A stretch of DNA of 64,000 nt from positions 544,001 to 608,000 of the forward strand of contig AP038806.1 in the NCBI GenBank assembly GCA_047150005.1. Direction: 5' to 3'. Positions 25,254 to 34,612 of the stretch are shown here, piece after piece. Origin of the DNA: Nitrospira sp. (GTDB lineage: Bacteria; Nitrospirota; Nitrospiria; Nitrospirales; Nitrospiraceae). Each line of letters begins with the position of its first letter. Positions within the stretch are counted from its first letter, which is position 1. The notes beneath the pieces were generated by a model. It was not told the origin of the DNA, ran no database searches, and saw only the letters and a program-made list of their open reading frames with translations. The translations under genes were made by a program, and so were the position numbers.

Positions 25254-26592
25254 AAATCTTCCAGGTCTTGAGCATCTCCACCGCCTTCTGCAGCTGCACG
25301 TCCTGCTCCAGCGCCAGATCGCCCAACGCATCGACCGGCGGGGCCGCAGCCGGAGCGCTTCCGTTCTTCGTCGCCGCCTCCTCGGTCTTTCCACCAGCCG
25401 AGGACTGCTCCTTCCCCGATGCGGCGCCGGGTTTGGCCTTGACGTCTGCGTCCTTCTCTGCCGGCTTGGCGTCGGCCTTCGCCACCGTGGCCGGCGCCTG
25501 GGGCTTCACGACGATGTCCGGTGTGATGCCGGTGGATTGGATCGACCGCCCCTTCGGCGTGTAGTACTTGGCGGTGGTCAAGCGCAGCCCGGATCCGTCG
25601 CCCAGGGGGAGAATCGTCTGCACCGATCCCTTGCCGAAGGACGTCGTGCCCACGATCACGGCGCGCCCGTAATCTTGCAGCGCTCCGGCCACGATCTCCG
25701 AGGCGCTCGCCGAGCCCTCGTTGACCAGGATGATCATCGGCGCATCGTCCATCTGATCCTTTCCCTTGGCGAACCATTCGTCCTTCTTGCTCTCACGGCC
25801 CTTCGTATACACCACGAGCTTGCCGTTCGGCAGGAACTGCTCCGACACTTCCACGGCCGCCGTCAGAAGCCCGCCGGGATTGTTCCGGAGATCGAGGATC
25901 GTGGACTGCAGCTTCTGTTCTTTGAACTGCTTCAGCACTCGGCCGAGATCCCGGCCGGTGGCCTCCTGGAATTGCGTGAGCCTCACATAGCCGATGTTGT
26001 CCATCACCTTCGACTTGACGCTCTCGATCTTGATCGTGTCCCGCACGAGTGTGAATTGGAGCGGATCCGTCGTGCCGTCCCGTTGAATCGTGAGGTTGAC
26101 CTTGGTGCCTTTGGGACCCCGCATCTTCTGGACCGCGTCCATCAGCGTGAGGTCCTTGGTCGTCTCGTCGTTGACCTTCGTGATGTAGTCGCCCGCCTTG
26201 ATCCCCGCACGGAAGGCCGGTGTGCCCTCGATCGGCGCGATGACCGCCAGCCGATTTTCCTTCACCCCGATCTGGATGCCGACGCCCCCGAACTCCCCTT
26301 TCGTCTCGACCTGCATCTCCTTGTACATCTCGGGCGTCATGTAGGCGGAATGGGGGTCGAGCGTGGAGAGCATCCCGCGGATTGCACCCTGAACGAGATC
26401 CTTCACTTTCGTTTCGTCGACGTAATTTTTTTGGACCTGGGTGAGAACCTCGGAGAAGGTCTTCAACTCCTCGTAGGTCTCGGTGGCATGACCGGTGCGC
26501 TCCCACCCCTTGCCGATCACCACTCCGAAGACCAGCGCCAGACCGATCACCGGACTCAACAGCCAGAATCGCCGCCGTGGATGCCGTTCCAT
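25231..26592 (-). CDS. ctpA: Carboxyl-terminal processing protease (S41)
   Basis: LDPHSAY, PDZ domain, DLRNNPGGLL, GSASASEIVAG, FGKGSVQ. Confidence 0.95.
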   Translation of the reverse strand: MERHPRRRFWLLSPVIGLALVFGVVIGKGWERTGHATETYEELKTFSEVLTQVQKNYVDETKVKDLVQGAIRGMLSTLDPHSAYMTPEMYKEMQVETKGEFGGVGIQIGVKENRLAVIAPIEGTPAFRAGIKAGDYITKVNDETTKDLTLMDAVQKMRGPKGTKVNLTIQRDGTTDPLQFTLVRDTIKIESVKSKVMDNIGYVRLTQFQEATGRDLGRVLKQFKEQKLQSTILDLRNNPGGLLTAAVEVSEQFLPNGKLVVYTKGRESKKDEWFAKGKDQMDDAPMIILVNEGSASASEIVAGALQDYGRAVIVGTTSFGKGSVQTILPLGDGSGLRLTTAKYYTPKGRSIQSTGITPDIVVKPQAPATVAKADAKPAEKDADVKAKPGAASGKEQSSAGGKTEEAATKNGSAPAAAPPVDALGDLALEQDVQLQKAVEMLKTWKIFKELRPS

Positions 26593-26688
26593 AATCCTCA
26601 GTCCTTTCCTTCCGGACAGTCCGTATTGCGTTCCTGTCCCGCCCCCCGAGAGCCGAAGTTCCGTGTCCGAATCTCGGGCCTGCTCATG

Positions 26689-27873
26689 CTACCGTTTCGT
26701 CAACCATTGCAGCGGATCGACCGGCTCGGCCCCTTCCCGCAGCTCGAAGTATAAAGTATTTTCCTTCGTCATGCCCGTGTCTCCGGTCTCGCCGATGGCC
26801 TGATTCGCCGTCACCTGCGCGCCCACCGTCGTCAGGATTTTCGAAGCATGCGCATACAGCGAAAAGAATCCATTGGCATGATCCAGGATTATAACGAGTC
26901 CGTAGCCTTTCAACCAGTCCGCATAGACGACCGCCCCCGGCATGACGGCGTGGATGAGACTTCCCTCGGTCGCGCGGATCTCGATCCCCTTCCGCTGGAC
27001 GTAGGTGTTGAAGGTCGGGTGCTTCTGGCGCCCGAAGTAGGACATCACGCTGCCGTCCACCGGCCAGGGGAGCGTGCCTTTGACTCCGCGGTGCAGGGAG
27101 CCGGCCGCCGGCGGCCTGGCCAAGGCCGCGCGCCGCCGCTGCTCCAATTCGCGCAGCAGGCTGTCGATCCGCGCGGCCGACTTTTCCAGCTCCTGAAGCG
27201 CCCGTTCCGACGACTCCTTTTCCTGCGTAATCTTCGTGAGATAGAGCTTTTTCTCCTTCTTGACCGAACCCATTTCGTAGAGTTGCTTCTCGGTGCTCTG
27301 CTTGTAGGCTCGCATGCCGGCCCGGGCCGCCTCCCGCTGCCGCTCGGCCTCCTCCATGTTGTTGACGTCGGACTTGAAGGTTTCGAGCAGCGCATAGTCC
27401 CGTTCGGACACGGCCGACAGGTACTGGAGCCGGCGTTGAAAATCGCCGTACGAATCGGAGGCCAGCAGGGTCCTCCAGTAGCCGAACCGTCCTTCCATAT
27501 ATTGCACGCGCAGGCGTGCCAGGATGGCGTCCCGCCGCTGGCGAATGCTTCCCTGCAACCCGGCAATCTGTTGATTGATGCTTTCGATCTCCTGGTCCTT
27601 CTTGCGGATCTTCCGGCTGACGTCCTGGTTCGCATGTCGCACCCGCACGAGCCGTTCATCGAGGGTCTGCAGGCCCTGCAGCAGCGAGTCGCGCTTCTTA
27701 CCCGCCTCATCCGCCTGCTTCCGCTTCTCCTCGATCTGGTCCTTCAGCTGTTCGAGCATTTTGCGCTCTTTTTCGATCTTGTCGCTGATCGCGTCGGCCG
27801 AGACCAGGGACGGCATCCCCAGCGACAACACGAGGCAGCCAACAAGCCGGAACCCCGCCGTCCGGTTTCTCAT
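26689..27873 (-). CDS. envC: Murein hydrolase activator EnvC-like (coiled coil + M23)
   Basis: Signal peptide, long coiled coil, degenerate M23 (RKGIEI, LYFELR); follows ftsX. Confidence 0.85.
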   Translation of the reverse strand: MRNRTAGFRLVGCLVLSLGMPSLVSADAISDKIEKERKMLEQLKDQIEEKRKQADEAGKKRDSLLQGLQTLDERLVRVRHANQDVSRKIRKKDQEIESINQQIAGLQGSIRQRRDAILARLRVQYMEGRFGYWRTLLASDSYGDFQRRLQYLSAVSERDYALLETFKSDVNNMEEAERQREAARAGMRAYKQSTEKQLYEMGSVKKEKKLYLTKITQEKESSERALQELEKSAARIDSLLRELEQRRRAALARPPAAGSLHRGVKGTLPWPVDGSVMSYFGRQKHPTFNTYVQRKGIEIRATEGSLIHAVMPGAVVYADWLKGYGLVIILDHANGFFSLYAHASKILTTVGAQVTANQAIGETGDTGMTKENTLYFELREGAEPVDPLQWLTKR

Positions 27874-28769
27874 GCCTTGGCCTCGTCGAACCGTCGAAGC
27901 GAGACGAAGCTGCCGGCGCAACCAAGCGTCATCCCGACGGCCACCAGCGCCAAACACAGCGGGAGCGGGAAGAATGCCAGCAGATTGTCCAGCCCGCTGA
28001 GTTTCCCGGTCGTCCGCATCTCCTGTCGAAACAGCTCGTACAGGAATTTGAGCATGAGCAGCGAGATCGCGCTTCCCAGGCCGCCAAGCACGGCCCCTTC
28101 CAGCAGATAGGGAATGCGAATGAAGCCGGTGGTCGCGCCGATCAGCCGGAGAATGGCGATTTCATCCCGCCGCGCCAGCAAGGTCAACCGGATGGTGTTG
28201 GCAATGATCGTCACCGCCGCCGCGGAGAGGATGACCCCGATGCCGATAGCGACGAGCTCGATGGACCGGATCACCATGGCCAGCGCATCGATCCACTCCT
28301 GGTTGTAATCCACCTTGGCGACGCCGGTCATCCCTTGCACGCGCGCCGACCAGCGCTTCACGGCATCCAGCGATCGAAAGGCAGGCCCGAGCGTCACGAC
28401 GAAGGACGCCGGAAGCGGATTCTGCCCCAGGCCTTCCAGCAGATGGGACTCCGCCGGAAACTGATCCTTGAATTCCCCGAGAGCCTGCTCCTTTGAGACG
28501 AAATGGATCGCCGCCACGGCATGGTCGCCGCGCAACTGCTGCTCAAGCTCGGCCTGTGCGTCGGCTGTGAGCTGATCCCCGAGGTAGACCATGATCTTGA
28601 TGTCTTCCTGGAGCCAGCCGGCCGCCGCGCGCAGGTTCACGTAGAGGAGCAGAAATACTCCGACGCAGGCCAGGGTGAAGGCGGTGGTGAGGATCGCCAC
28701 CATGGTCGTGGTGCGGTTGGTCCGCAAGTTGACCCAGGCTTCCCGCAGGAGATAGTACAGCGTTCTCAT
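27870..28769 (-). CDS. ftsX: Cell division permease FtsX
   Basis: VSKEQAL, NPLPASF, NTIRL...RRDEI.ILRLIGAT..FIR.PYLLEG. Confidence 0.93.
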   Translation of the reverse strand: MRTLYYLLREAWVNLRTNRTTTMVAILTTAFTLACVGVFLLLYVNLRAAAGWLQEDIKIMVYLGDQLTADAQAELEQQLRGDHAVAAIHFVSKEQALGEFKDQFPAESHLLEGLGQNPLPASFVVTLGPAFRSLDAVKRWSARVQGMTGVAKVDYNQEWIDALAMVIRSIELVAIGIGVILSAAAVTIIANTIRLTLLARRDEIAILRLIGATTGFIRIPYLLEGAVLGGLGSAISLLMLKFLYELFRQEMRTTGKLSGLDNLLAFFPLPLCLALVAVGMTLGCAGSFVSLRRFDEAKA

Positions 28770-29434
28770 GCCGGCACCCACTGTTCCGGCGCGAGCGTTC
28801 CGTGGGACAGGGTGATCACCCGCCGGTTGACCTGCGCCATGACCTGAGGGTCGTGGGTCGCGACTACCACGGTAGTGCCGCGCGCGTTGATCAGCTTGAA
28901 GAGCTCGATGATCTCGGCCGTGAGGCCCGGGTCGAGATTGCCGGTCGGCTCGTCCGCCAGGAGCACCACCGGACCGTTGACGATGGCTCGGGCAATGCAG
29001 ACGCGCTGCTGCTCTCCGGTGGACAAGACCACCGGCAACTGATCCCGTTTGTGCTCGACCCCGACGGCGCGCAACGCTTCGGTGACCTTGCGCCGGATGT
29101 CCTGTCCTGAGACGCCCTGTACCAGCAGCGGAAGGGCGACGTTGTCGAACACCGTCTTCTTCGCCAGCAGACGGAAATCCTGGAACACGGTACCCACCTT
29201 GCGCCGCAGGTAGGGAATGTCCCTCTGCTTCAGGGCGGTCACGTTCTTGCCGTACACGAAGACCTGCCCATCGTCCGGCCGTTCGGCCCCGATCAGCATC
29301 CGGAGCAGGGTGGATTTCCCGGCGCCGCTCGCCCCCATCAGCAGCACGAATTCGCCTTTCTCGATTTCCAGGGTGACGTTCGACAGGGCCGGCCGCCGGT
29401 CGTACTGCTTGGAGACGCGGATCAGTTCGATCAT
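28766..29434 (-). CDS. ftsE: Cell division ATP-binding protein FtsE
   Basis: GASGAGKST, IPYLRRKVGTVFQDFRLL, LSTGEQQR, LADEPTGNLD. Confidence 0.95.
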   Translation of the reverse strand: MIELIRVSKQYDRRPALSNVTLEIEKGEFVLLMGASGAGKSTLLRMLIGAERPDDGQVFVYGKNVTALKQRDIPYLRRKVGTVFQDFRLLAKKTVFDNVALPLLVQGVSGQDIRRKVTEALRAVGVEHKRDQLPVVLSTGEQQRVCIARAIVNGPVVLLADEPTGNLDPGLTAEIIELFKLINARGTTVVVATHDPQVMAQVNRRVITLSHGTLAPEQWVPA

Positions 29435-29439
29435 GGAGG

Positions 29440-29832
29440 CTACCAGCGGAGATCGTCGCCCGGGACTTCGAAAGCGTTGCAGATATGCTCGATTCGGGCC
29501 GGTCCGGCCCCCGTCTCCTGCAGCAGCACGACGTCGAATCGGCAGGACCGGCGGCTCCAATGGTGCCGCGCGAGAAATTGCGCGGCAAGGCGGATCAGTT
29601 TCTGCTGCTTCCGTTCGTGCACGGCATAGACGGCTCCGCCGAACTCCTCGGTCCGGCGCGCCTTGACCTCCACGAATACCAGTGTCGGTCCGTCTTCGGC
29701 GACCAAATCCAGCTCACCCGCAGAAGAGCGCAGATTTCTCGCGATGATCCGATAGCCTTTGCGGATCAACAACGCCTCCGCCGCCGCTTCTCCTTCTTGC
29801 CCAAAGAGCCGTCTGGGGTCAAGGATTCTCAC
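29440..29832 (-). CDS. yraN: YraN family (UPF0102) endonuclease-like protein
   Basis: GQEGE..A...L..KGY.IIARN...GELDLV...LVFVEVKAR, CRFDVV. Confidence 0.92.
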   Translation of the reverse strand: MRILDPRRLFGQEGEAAAEALLIRKGYRIIARNLRSSAGELDLVAEDGPTLVFVEVKARRTEEFGGAVYAVHERKQQKLIRLAAQFLARHHWSRRSCRFDVVLLQETGAGPARIEHICNAFEVPGDDLRW

Positions 29833-30493
29833 TGAACCCCTCATCCATATCCATGAAGGACATATCGACGTGCCGGACCGGCGACGGAGACAGGACTTGC
29901 GCGACCGGCGCGAAGGTGCGCCGATGGATCGCCGACGGTCCGTGCTCGGCCAGGCGCTGCCGGTGTTCTTCCGTTCCATAGCCCTTGTGGGACAGGAAAT
30001 TATACTGCGGATAGAGGGCATGATACTCCGCCATGAGTCGGTCGCGTGTCACTTTGGCGACGATGGAGGCGGCGGCGATGGAGACGGACAGCGCATCGCC
30101 CTTGATGATGGACCGAACCGGCAGCGTCGACCCCGGCAGGCTGACGGCGTCGACGAGCAGGCAATCCGGCACGGGCGAGACGGCCGCGACGGCGCGGTAC
30201 ATCGCCAGGCGCGTGGCCTCCAGGATATTCACGCGGTCGATCTCCTCATGAGAGGCCGAACCGATGCCGATGGCGACGGCCCGCTGCGTGATGAGGATGA
30301 AGAGGTGGTTGCGCTCGGTTTCGGTCAGTTGCTTGGAGTCGTCGACCCCGACCAAGCGGCACCGGCTCGGCAGGATGACCGCGGCGGCGACGACGGGGCC
30401 GGCGAGCGGCCCCCGTCCCGCTTCATCGAGACCGGCGATCCGGCGGTAGCCGCATCGCCTGGCCTCCAATTCAAATTCTTCGGTAGGGCCCAC
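29819..30493 (-). CDS. rnhB: Ribonuclease HII
   Basis: GLDEAGRGPLAGPV, DSKQL, IAAASIVAKVTRD, HKGYGT. Confidence 0.97.
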   Translation of the reverse strand: MGPTEEFELEARRCGYRRIAGLDEAGRGPLAGPVVAAAVILPSRCRLVGVDDSKQLTETERNHLFILITQRAVAIGIGSASHEEIDRVNILEATRLAMYRAVAAVSPVPDCLLVDAVSLPGSTLPVRSIIKGDALSVSIAAASIVAKVTRDRLMAEYHALYPQYNFLSHKGYGTEEHRQRLAEHGPSAIHRRTFAPVAQVLSPSPVRHVDMSFMDMDEGFSENP

Positions 30494-30559
30494 GAAGTCG
30501 CCTTCACCTGGAGGTCGTCGCGGCAACCGGTCCTCGTGGTCGAGAGAAAACGGAATCGA

Positions 30560-30991
30560 TCAGACGTGTGCGGGAGACTGGGATTCGACGCCGGCCTCCG
30601 CCGATTCCTCCGCGCGCGCAGCCTGGGCCTGGGCTTTGCCGTCGCCCACAAACTCCCGATCTTCCACGCGGGAGAACTTGCCCTTCTTCCCCCGGAGATA
30701 ATAGAGCTTGGCCCGCCTGACTTTCCCCTGGCGCACGACGTCGATCTTGGTTACGATCGGCGAATGCAGCGGGAAGATGCGCTCGACGCCCACGCCGTAG
30801 GAGATCTTGCGCACGGTGAACATTTCCGTGTTCAGCGTCCCCTTGCGGGCAATGACCGCACCTTCATACACCTGAATGCGTTCCTTCTCGCCTTCAATGA
30901 CCTTCACGTGCACACGCACCGTGTCCCCGATCTCAAAATGGGGCACCGATTTCTTCGTGAGCGACCGTTGGATTCGTTCCAGCTGATTCAT
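30560..30991 (-). CDS. rplS: 50S ribosomal protein L19
   Basis: [44 protein letters not shown]. Confidence 0.98.
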   Translation of the reverse strand: MNQLERIQRSLTKKSVPHFEIGDTVRVHVKVIEGEKERIQVYEGAVIARKGTLNTEMFTVRKISYGVGVERIFPLHSPIVTKIDVVRQGKVRRAKLYYLRGKKGKFSRVEDREFVGDGKAQAQAARAEESAEAGVESQSPAHV

Positions 30992-30994
30992 GGC

Positions 30995-31777
30995 TCAACC
31001 CTCCTCCCCGCATCGAACCGGCATGGCCGGCGTGCCTTCGCGAATGATGTCGTCCAACAATTGTCGATCTTCCCGATTCAACACACGATCCCTCAACAGA
31101 TCCGGCCGCTGCCGATACGTCGTCCGCAACGCCTCCTTGCGCCGCCAGCGGCGGATCACCTCGTGATGGCCGGACAGGAGCACCTCCGGAACGGCCATGC
31201 CCCGCACTTCGACCGGCCTGGTGTAGTGCGGATACTCGAGCAGCGATTCGCTGAATGATTCTTCCACGTTCGACGCGGGATCGCCCAATACACCCGGCAC
31301 CAACCGCGCAGCCGCATCGATCAGCACCAGCGCCGCCAGTTCTCCACCCGTCAGCACGTAATCGCCCACCGAAACTTCCTCCGGCCGCAGCGCCATCTTG
31401 ACCCGTTCATCAACGCCTTCATAGTGGCCGCAGAGCATCACGAGCGGCCGCGGATCCTCGGCCAGGTTCTTTGCGTATTCCTGCGTGAACGGGCGGCCCT
31501 GCGGCGACGGAAACAGCAACCGGATCGACTCGCCCTTCCCCTGGTAGCCCGCCTGGATCTCTTCGACCGCGCGCAGGATCGGCTCGGCCTTCATGACCAT
31601 GCCGGCGCCGCCGCCGTACGGGACGTCGTCCGCAACCTTATGCTTGTCGAGCGTGTAGTCGCGCAGATTGTGGACCTGCACGGTCAACAGCCCCTTCTCC
31701 TGCGCCCGCTTCAGCATGCTGGCACCGACGACAGGGGCGATCATCTCCGGAAACAACGTGATGACGTCACAGCGCAT
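30995..31777 (-). CDS. trmD: tRNA (guanine37-N1)-methyltransferase
   Basis: DDVPYGGGAGMVM, SPQG, CGHYEGVDER, GDYVLTGGE, EYPHYTRP. Confidence 0.98.
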   Translation of the reverse strand: MRCDVITLFPEMIAPVVGASMLKRAQEKGLLTVQVHNLRDYTLDKHKVADDVPYGGGAGMVMKAEPILRAVEEIQAGYQGKGESIRLLFPSPQGRPFTQEYAKNLAEDPRPLVMLCGHYEGVDERVKMALRPEEVSVGDYVLTGGELAALVLIDAAARLVPGVLGDPASNVEESFSESLLEYPHYTRPVEVRGMAVPEVLLSGHHEVIRRWRRKEALRTTYRQRPDLLRDRVLNREDRQLLDDIIREGTPAMPVRCGEEG

Positions 31778-32309
31778 CGCGGTCCTCGACCAGTTCCTTG
31801 ATCGACCGCACGGTCATGAGCCGGCCCGGTATGTCGACCGCGGCCACGAAATTCTTCACGGCGGGGATCAGGATCTCCCGATCTCCGTCGCGGACGACGA
31901 TGACGTGTTGTCCGGGTAGTTCCCACATCGCGTCGATCGTTCCCAGCACGCGCCCCCCTTCATCCTCGACCCGCATCCCGATGAGATCGCACTCGTAGAA
32001 CAGGTCGGAGGGTTCGGCTGTCTGCCCCCTCTCGCGCGGCGGAACCTGGATCAACGTCCCGCGCAGCAGGCCTGCGGCCTCCGGCGTGGTGATGCCGGCA
32101 AATCGCATGATGTAGGACGCGCCGGCGCGCCGGACATGCGTGACCTCCTCGTTCCGAACCAGCCCTTCGGCTCCGACGACGCTCACGGACCTCAAACGGT
32201 CGAGTCGGCCGGGCACATCGCTCAGCGGGCGAACCTTCACTTCTCCCTTCACACCGAAGGGCCGTTCGATTCTGCCGACGGTGACGCGATCGTCCTGCGC
32301 GGCAACCAC
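31767..32309 (-). CDS. rimM: Ribosome maturation factor RimM
   Basis: VGRI..PFGVKGEV, FYECDLIG, ILIPAV; between rpsP and trmD. Confidence 0.93.
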   Translation of the reverse strand: MVAAQDDRVTVGRIERPFGVKGEVKVRPLSDVPGRLDRLRSVSVVGAEGLVRNEEVTHVRRAGASYIMRFAGITTPEAAGLLRGTLIQVPPRERGQTAEPSDLFYECDLIGMRVEDEGGRVLGTIDAMWELPGQHVIVVRDGDREILIPAVKNFVAAVDIPGRLMTVRSIKELVEDRDAL

Positions 32310-32313
32310 CGAA

Positions 32314-32598
32314 TTACGCCCCCTTCTTCTTCGCCGTCTTCTCGGTTTCGAACTGCTTCCACAGCCCGGACCGGCGCAACAGCGTCTTGACCGTCACCGT
32401 GGGCTGGGCGCCCTGGTGGAGCCATTTGAGCACACGCTCCTGCTTGAGCTCCGGCAATCCCGCCGGCTTGAGCGGATCGAAGATCCCCAAAATCTCCAGA
32501 AACCTTCCGTCGCGCGGCTTTCGCGAATCCGCGGCCACGACCCGGTACACAGGGCGTTTATGCCGCCCGGTTCTCGTCAATCGCAAATGAACGGCCAC
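32314..32598 (-). CDS. rpsP: 30S ribosomal protein S16
   Basis: AVHLRLTRTG..KRPVYRVVAADSRKPRDGRFLE; GTG start fits RBS spacing (alternative ATG at 32604). Confidence 0.97.
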   Translation of the reverse strand: MAVHLRLTRTGRHKRPVYRVVAADSRKPRDGRFLEILGIFDPLKPAGLPELKQERVLKWLHQGAQPTVTVKTLLRRSGLWKQFETEKTAKKKGA

Positions 32599-32716
32599 TG
32601 TCATTCCTCCTTTGAAATAAGCGAGCTATTTGGAAAAACCCGCTGGAAATACCCGTCAGCCCGGTTGAGTGTCGATCTGGATGGTCCGAACGCCTGCGCC
32701 CCCGGGAAGCGGCGCC

Positions 32717-34063
32717 TCACCTCGAGTTCAGCAGCTGCGCCAATTGCCGCCGCCCGCCCGCGCCCGTCAGCATCTTGGCGAGCTTGCGCGCCGAGAGAAA
32801 TTGCTTGATCAGGCGGTTGACTTCCATCACGTTGGTCCCGCTCCCACGCGCGATCCGCTTCTTGCGGCTGCCGTTGATGAGCGTATGGTCGCGCCGTTCC
32901 CGCCGGGTCATCGAATCGATGATCGCGACCACGCGTTTCATCTCCCGTTCCGGCACCTGGCCCTCCATGGCCCCCCGGAGCTTCTGGCCACCCGGCAGCA
33001 TGCCCAGAATCTGATCCAACGATCCAAGCTTGTTGACCTGCGCCAACTGAGCGCGGAAATCTTCCAGCGTGAAGGTATTGCTCGTCAGGCGCTTCTGCGC
33101 CTCTTCCGCCTGTTCGCGCGTGAATGTTTCCTGCGCCTTCTCGATCAGGGACAGCACGTCGCCCATCCCGAGAATGCGGGAGGCCATGCGGTCCGGATGA
33201 AACAGTTCCAGCGCGTCGAGCTTTTCCCCCACACCGAGGAACTTGATCGGCTGGCCGGTCACCGCGCGGATGGACAGAACCGCGCCGCCCCGAGCATCGC
33301 CTTCCACCTTGGTGAGGATCACGCCCGTCATTCCGACCCGCTCGTGGAACTGCGTGGCCATGTTGACGGCATCCTGTCCGGTCATCGCATCGGCGACCAG
33401 CAGCACTTCGTGGGGCTGCACCGCGGCTTTCACCGCCACGAGTTCCCCCATCAACGCATCGTCCACATGCAGACGGCCGCCTGTATCCAACACGACCACG
33501 TCGAAACCCTGGTCCGTTCCGCGCCGGACGCCGTCCTTGCAGATGCGCACCACGTCGGCCTGCGAAGCGCCGGTCTGATCCTGCCGGTGCACCTCGACCT
33601 GAAGATCCCTTCCCAAGGACGCTAACTGATCCCCCGCGGCGGGGCGTCGCGGGTCGGCCGCGACCAGCAGCACGCGGCGGCCTTGCTGTTTGAAAAACCG
33701 GGCCAGTTTTCCGCAGGTCGTGGTTTTACCCGCGCCCTGCAACCCCACCATCATGATGACGGTCGGAGGCATCGAAGCAAGGGTAAGGCCGGCCTTCTCT
33801 CCGCCCATCATGGTCCGGAGTTCGTCCCAGACCACTTTGACGACCTGGTGGCCCGGCGTGAGGCTTTGCAGTACTTCCTGGCCGACGGCTTTCTTCCCGA
33901 CCCGTTCGACGAAGTCTTTGACGATCTTGAAATTGACGTCCGCTTCGAGCAGCGCCAGGCGGACTTCCTTCATGGCTTCCGCGATGTTCTGCTCGGTCAA
34001 CACACCGGAGCCGCGAAGCTTCTTCAGGATCTTTTCGAATTTTTCGCTGAGCGCGTCGAGCAT
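32717..34063 (-). CDS. ffh: Signal recognition particle protein Ffh
   Basis: ALLEADV, GLQGAGKTTT, DTGGR, DAMTGQDA, GDARGGA, RILGMGD, RIARGSG. Confidence 0.98.
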   Translation of the reverse strand: MLDALSEKFEKILKKLRGSGVLTEQNIAEAMKEVRLALLEADVNFKIVKDFVERVGKKAVGQEVLQSLTPGHQVVKVVWDELRTMMGGEKAGLTLASMPPTVIMMVGLQGAGKTTTCGKLARFFKQQGRRVLLVAADPRRPAAGDQLASLGRDLQVEVHRQDQTGASQADVVRICKDGVRRGTDQGFDVVVLDTGGRLHVDDALMGELVAVKAAVQPHEVLLVADAMTGQDAVNMATQFHERVGMTGVILTKVEGDARGGAVLSIRAVTGQPIKFLGVGEKLDALELFHPDRMASRILGMGDVLSLIEKAQETFTREQAEEAQKRLTSNTFTLEDFRAQLAQVNKLGSLDQILGMLPGGQKLRGAMEGQVPEREMKRVVAIIDSMTRRERRDHTLINGSRKKRIARGSGTNVMEVNRLIKQFLSARKLAKMLTGAGGRRQLAQLLNSR

Positions 34064-34146
34064 ATCGTCACAAAGAAAAAGGCAATCGAAGCCGCTGCGT
34101 CCAGATCTCCGATCGCCTGGAAAAATCTAGCAAAAGAGCACCGGCC

Positions 34147-34225
34147 AGTCTAATGAACCGTTCCGGTGAAGTCAAGGGATCGACACCAGCATTTTGTTGA
34201 CATGCCCAGGGCCTTTCGTTATGGT
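34147..34225. promoter_or_regulatory. Divergent sigma70 promoters (ffh operon and DUF4321 gene)
   Basis: Minus strand TTGACT-17-TAGACT (34175-34147); plus strand TTGACA-17-TATGGT (34197-34225). Confidence 0.6.
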
Positions 34226-34274
34226 CCTGAACATGAATCGTTGAGTGTCCTCAACGGGTTATGAGGTCGTGATC

Positions 34275-34535
34275 GTGAGAAAGTCGCCCTGGGTTCTACT
34301 CATCTTTCTCCTCATCGGAGGACTCCTAGGCGGGGTTTTGGGGGAGATTCTCCGCGTGATGGCGCCGCAAGGCACCATTCAGACCATCTTCGCCACCAAT
34401 TTCACGCCGGGCATCAGTCCGCCTCTGACAATCGATCTGATCCTGCTCAAGCTGACGTTGGGGTTCAGCCTGAAGATCAGCCTGTTGAGTCTGCTGGGCA
34501 TGTTTCTCGGCGTGTACCTCTACAAAAACGTCTAA
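34275..34535 (+). CDS. DUF4321-like small membrane protein
   Basis: KSPWVLLIFLLIGGLLGGVLGE...TIDLILLKLTLGFSLKISLLSLLG. Confidence 0.8.
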   Translation: MRKSPWVLLIFLLIGGLLGGVLGEILRVMAPQGTIQTIFATNFTPGISPPLTIDLILLKLTLGFSLKISLLSLLGMFLGVYLYKNV

Positions 34536-34537
34536 TG

Positions 34538-34588
34538 AGGATGTTGAATGATCCCGCCAGCTCACCGGCCGGGCTTTTGGAATATCCT
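34538..34588. repeat. Short inverted-repeat element between convergent genes (MITE relic or terminator)
   Basis: AGGATGTTGAA...TTGGAATATCCT imperfect terminal inverted repeat; left end resembles 12856-12880. Confidence 0.45.
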
Positions 34589-34612
34589 ATTGAATATACT
34601 TGGAGTTCGGCA

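Noticed and set aside
27870..29588. 572-aa ORF suggesting an extended FtsX or FtsE-FtsX fusion
   Set aside because: The upstream part is an alternative frame over ftsE; FtsX starts at 28769 with an ATGA overlap.
32605..34244. SRP RNA or tRNA genes around ffh
   Set aside because: No SRP domain IV motif or cloverleaf recognised by eye here or elsewhere in the window; a covariance search would be needed to exclude them fully.
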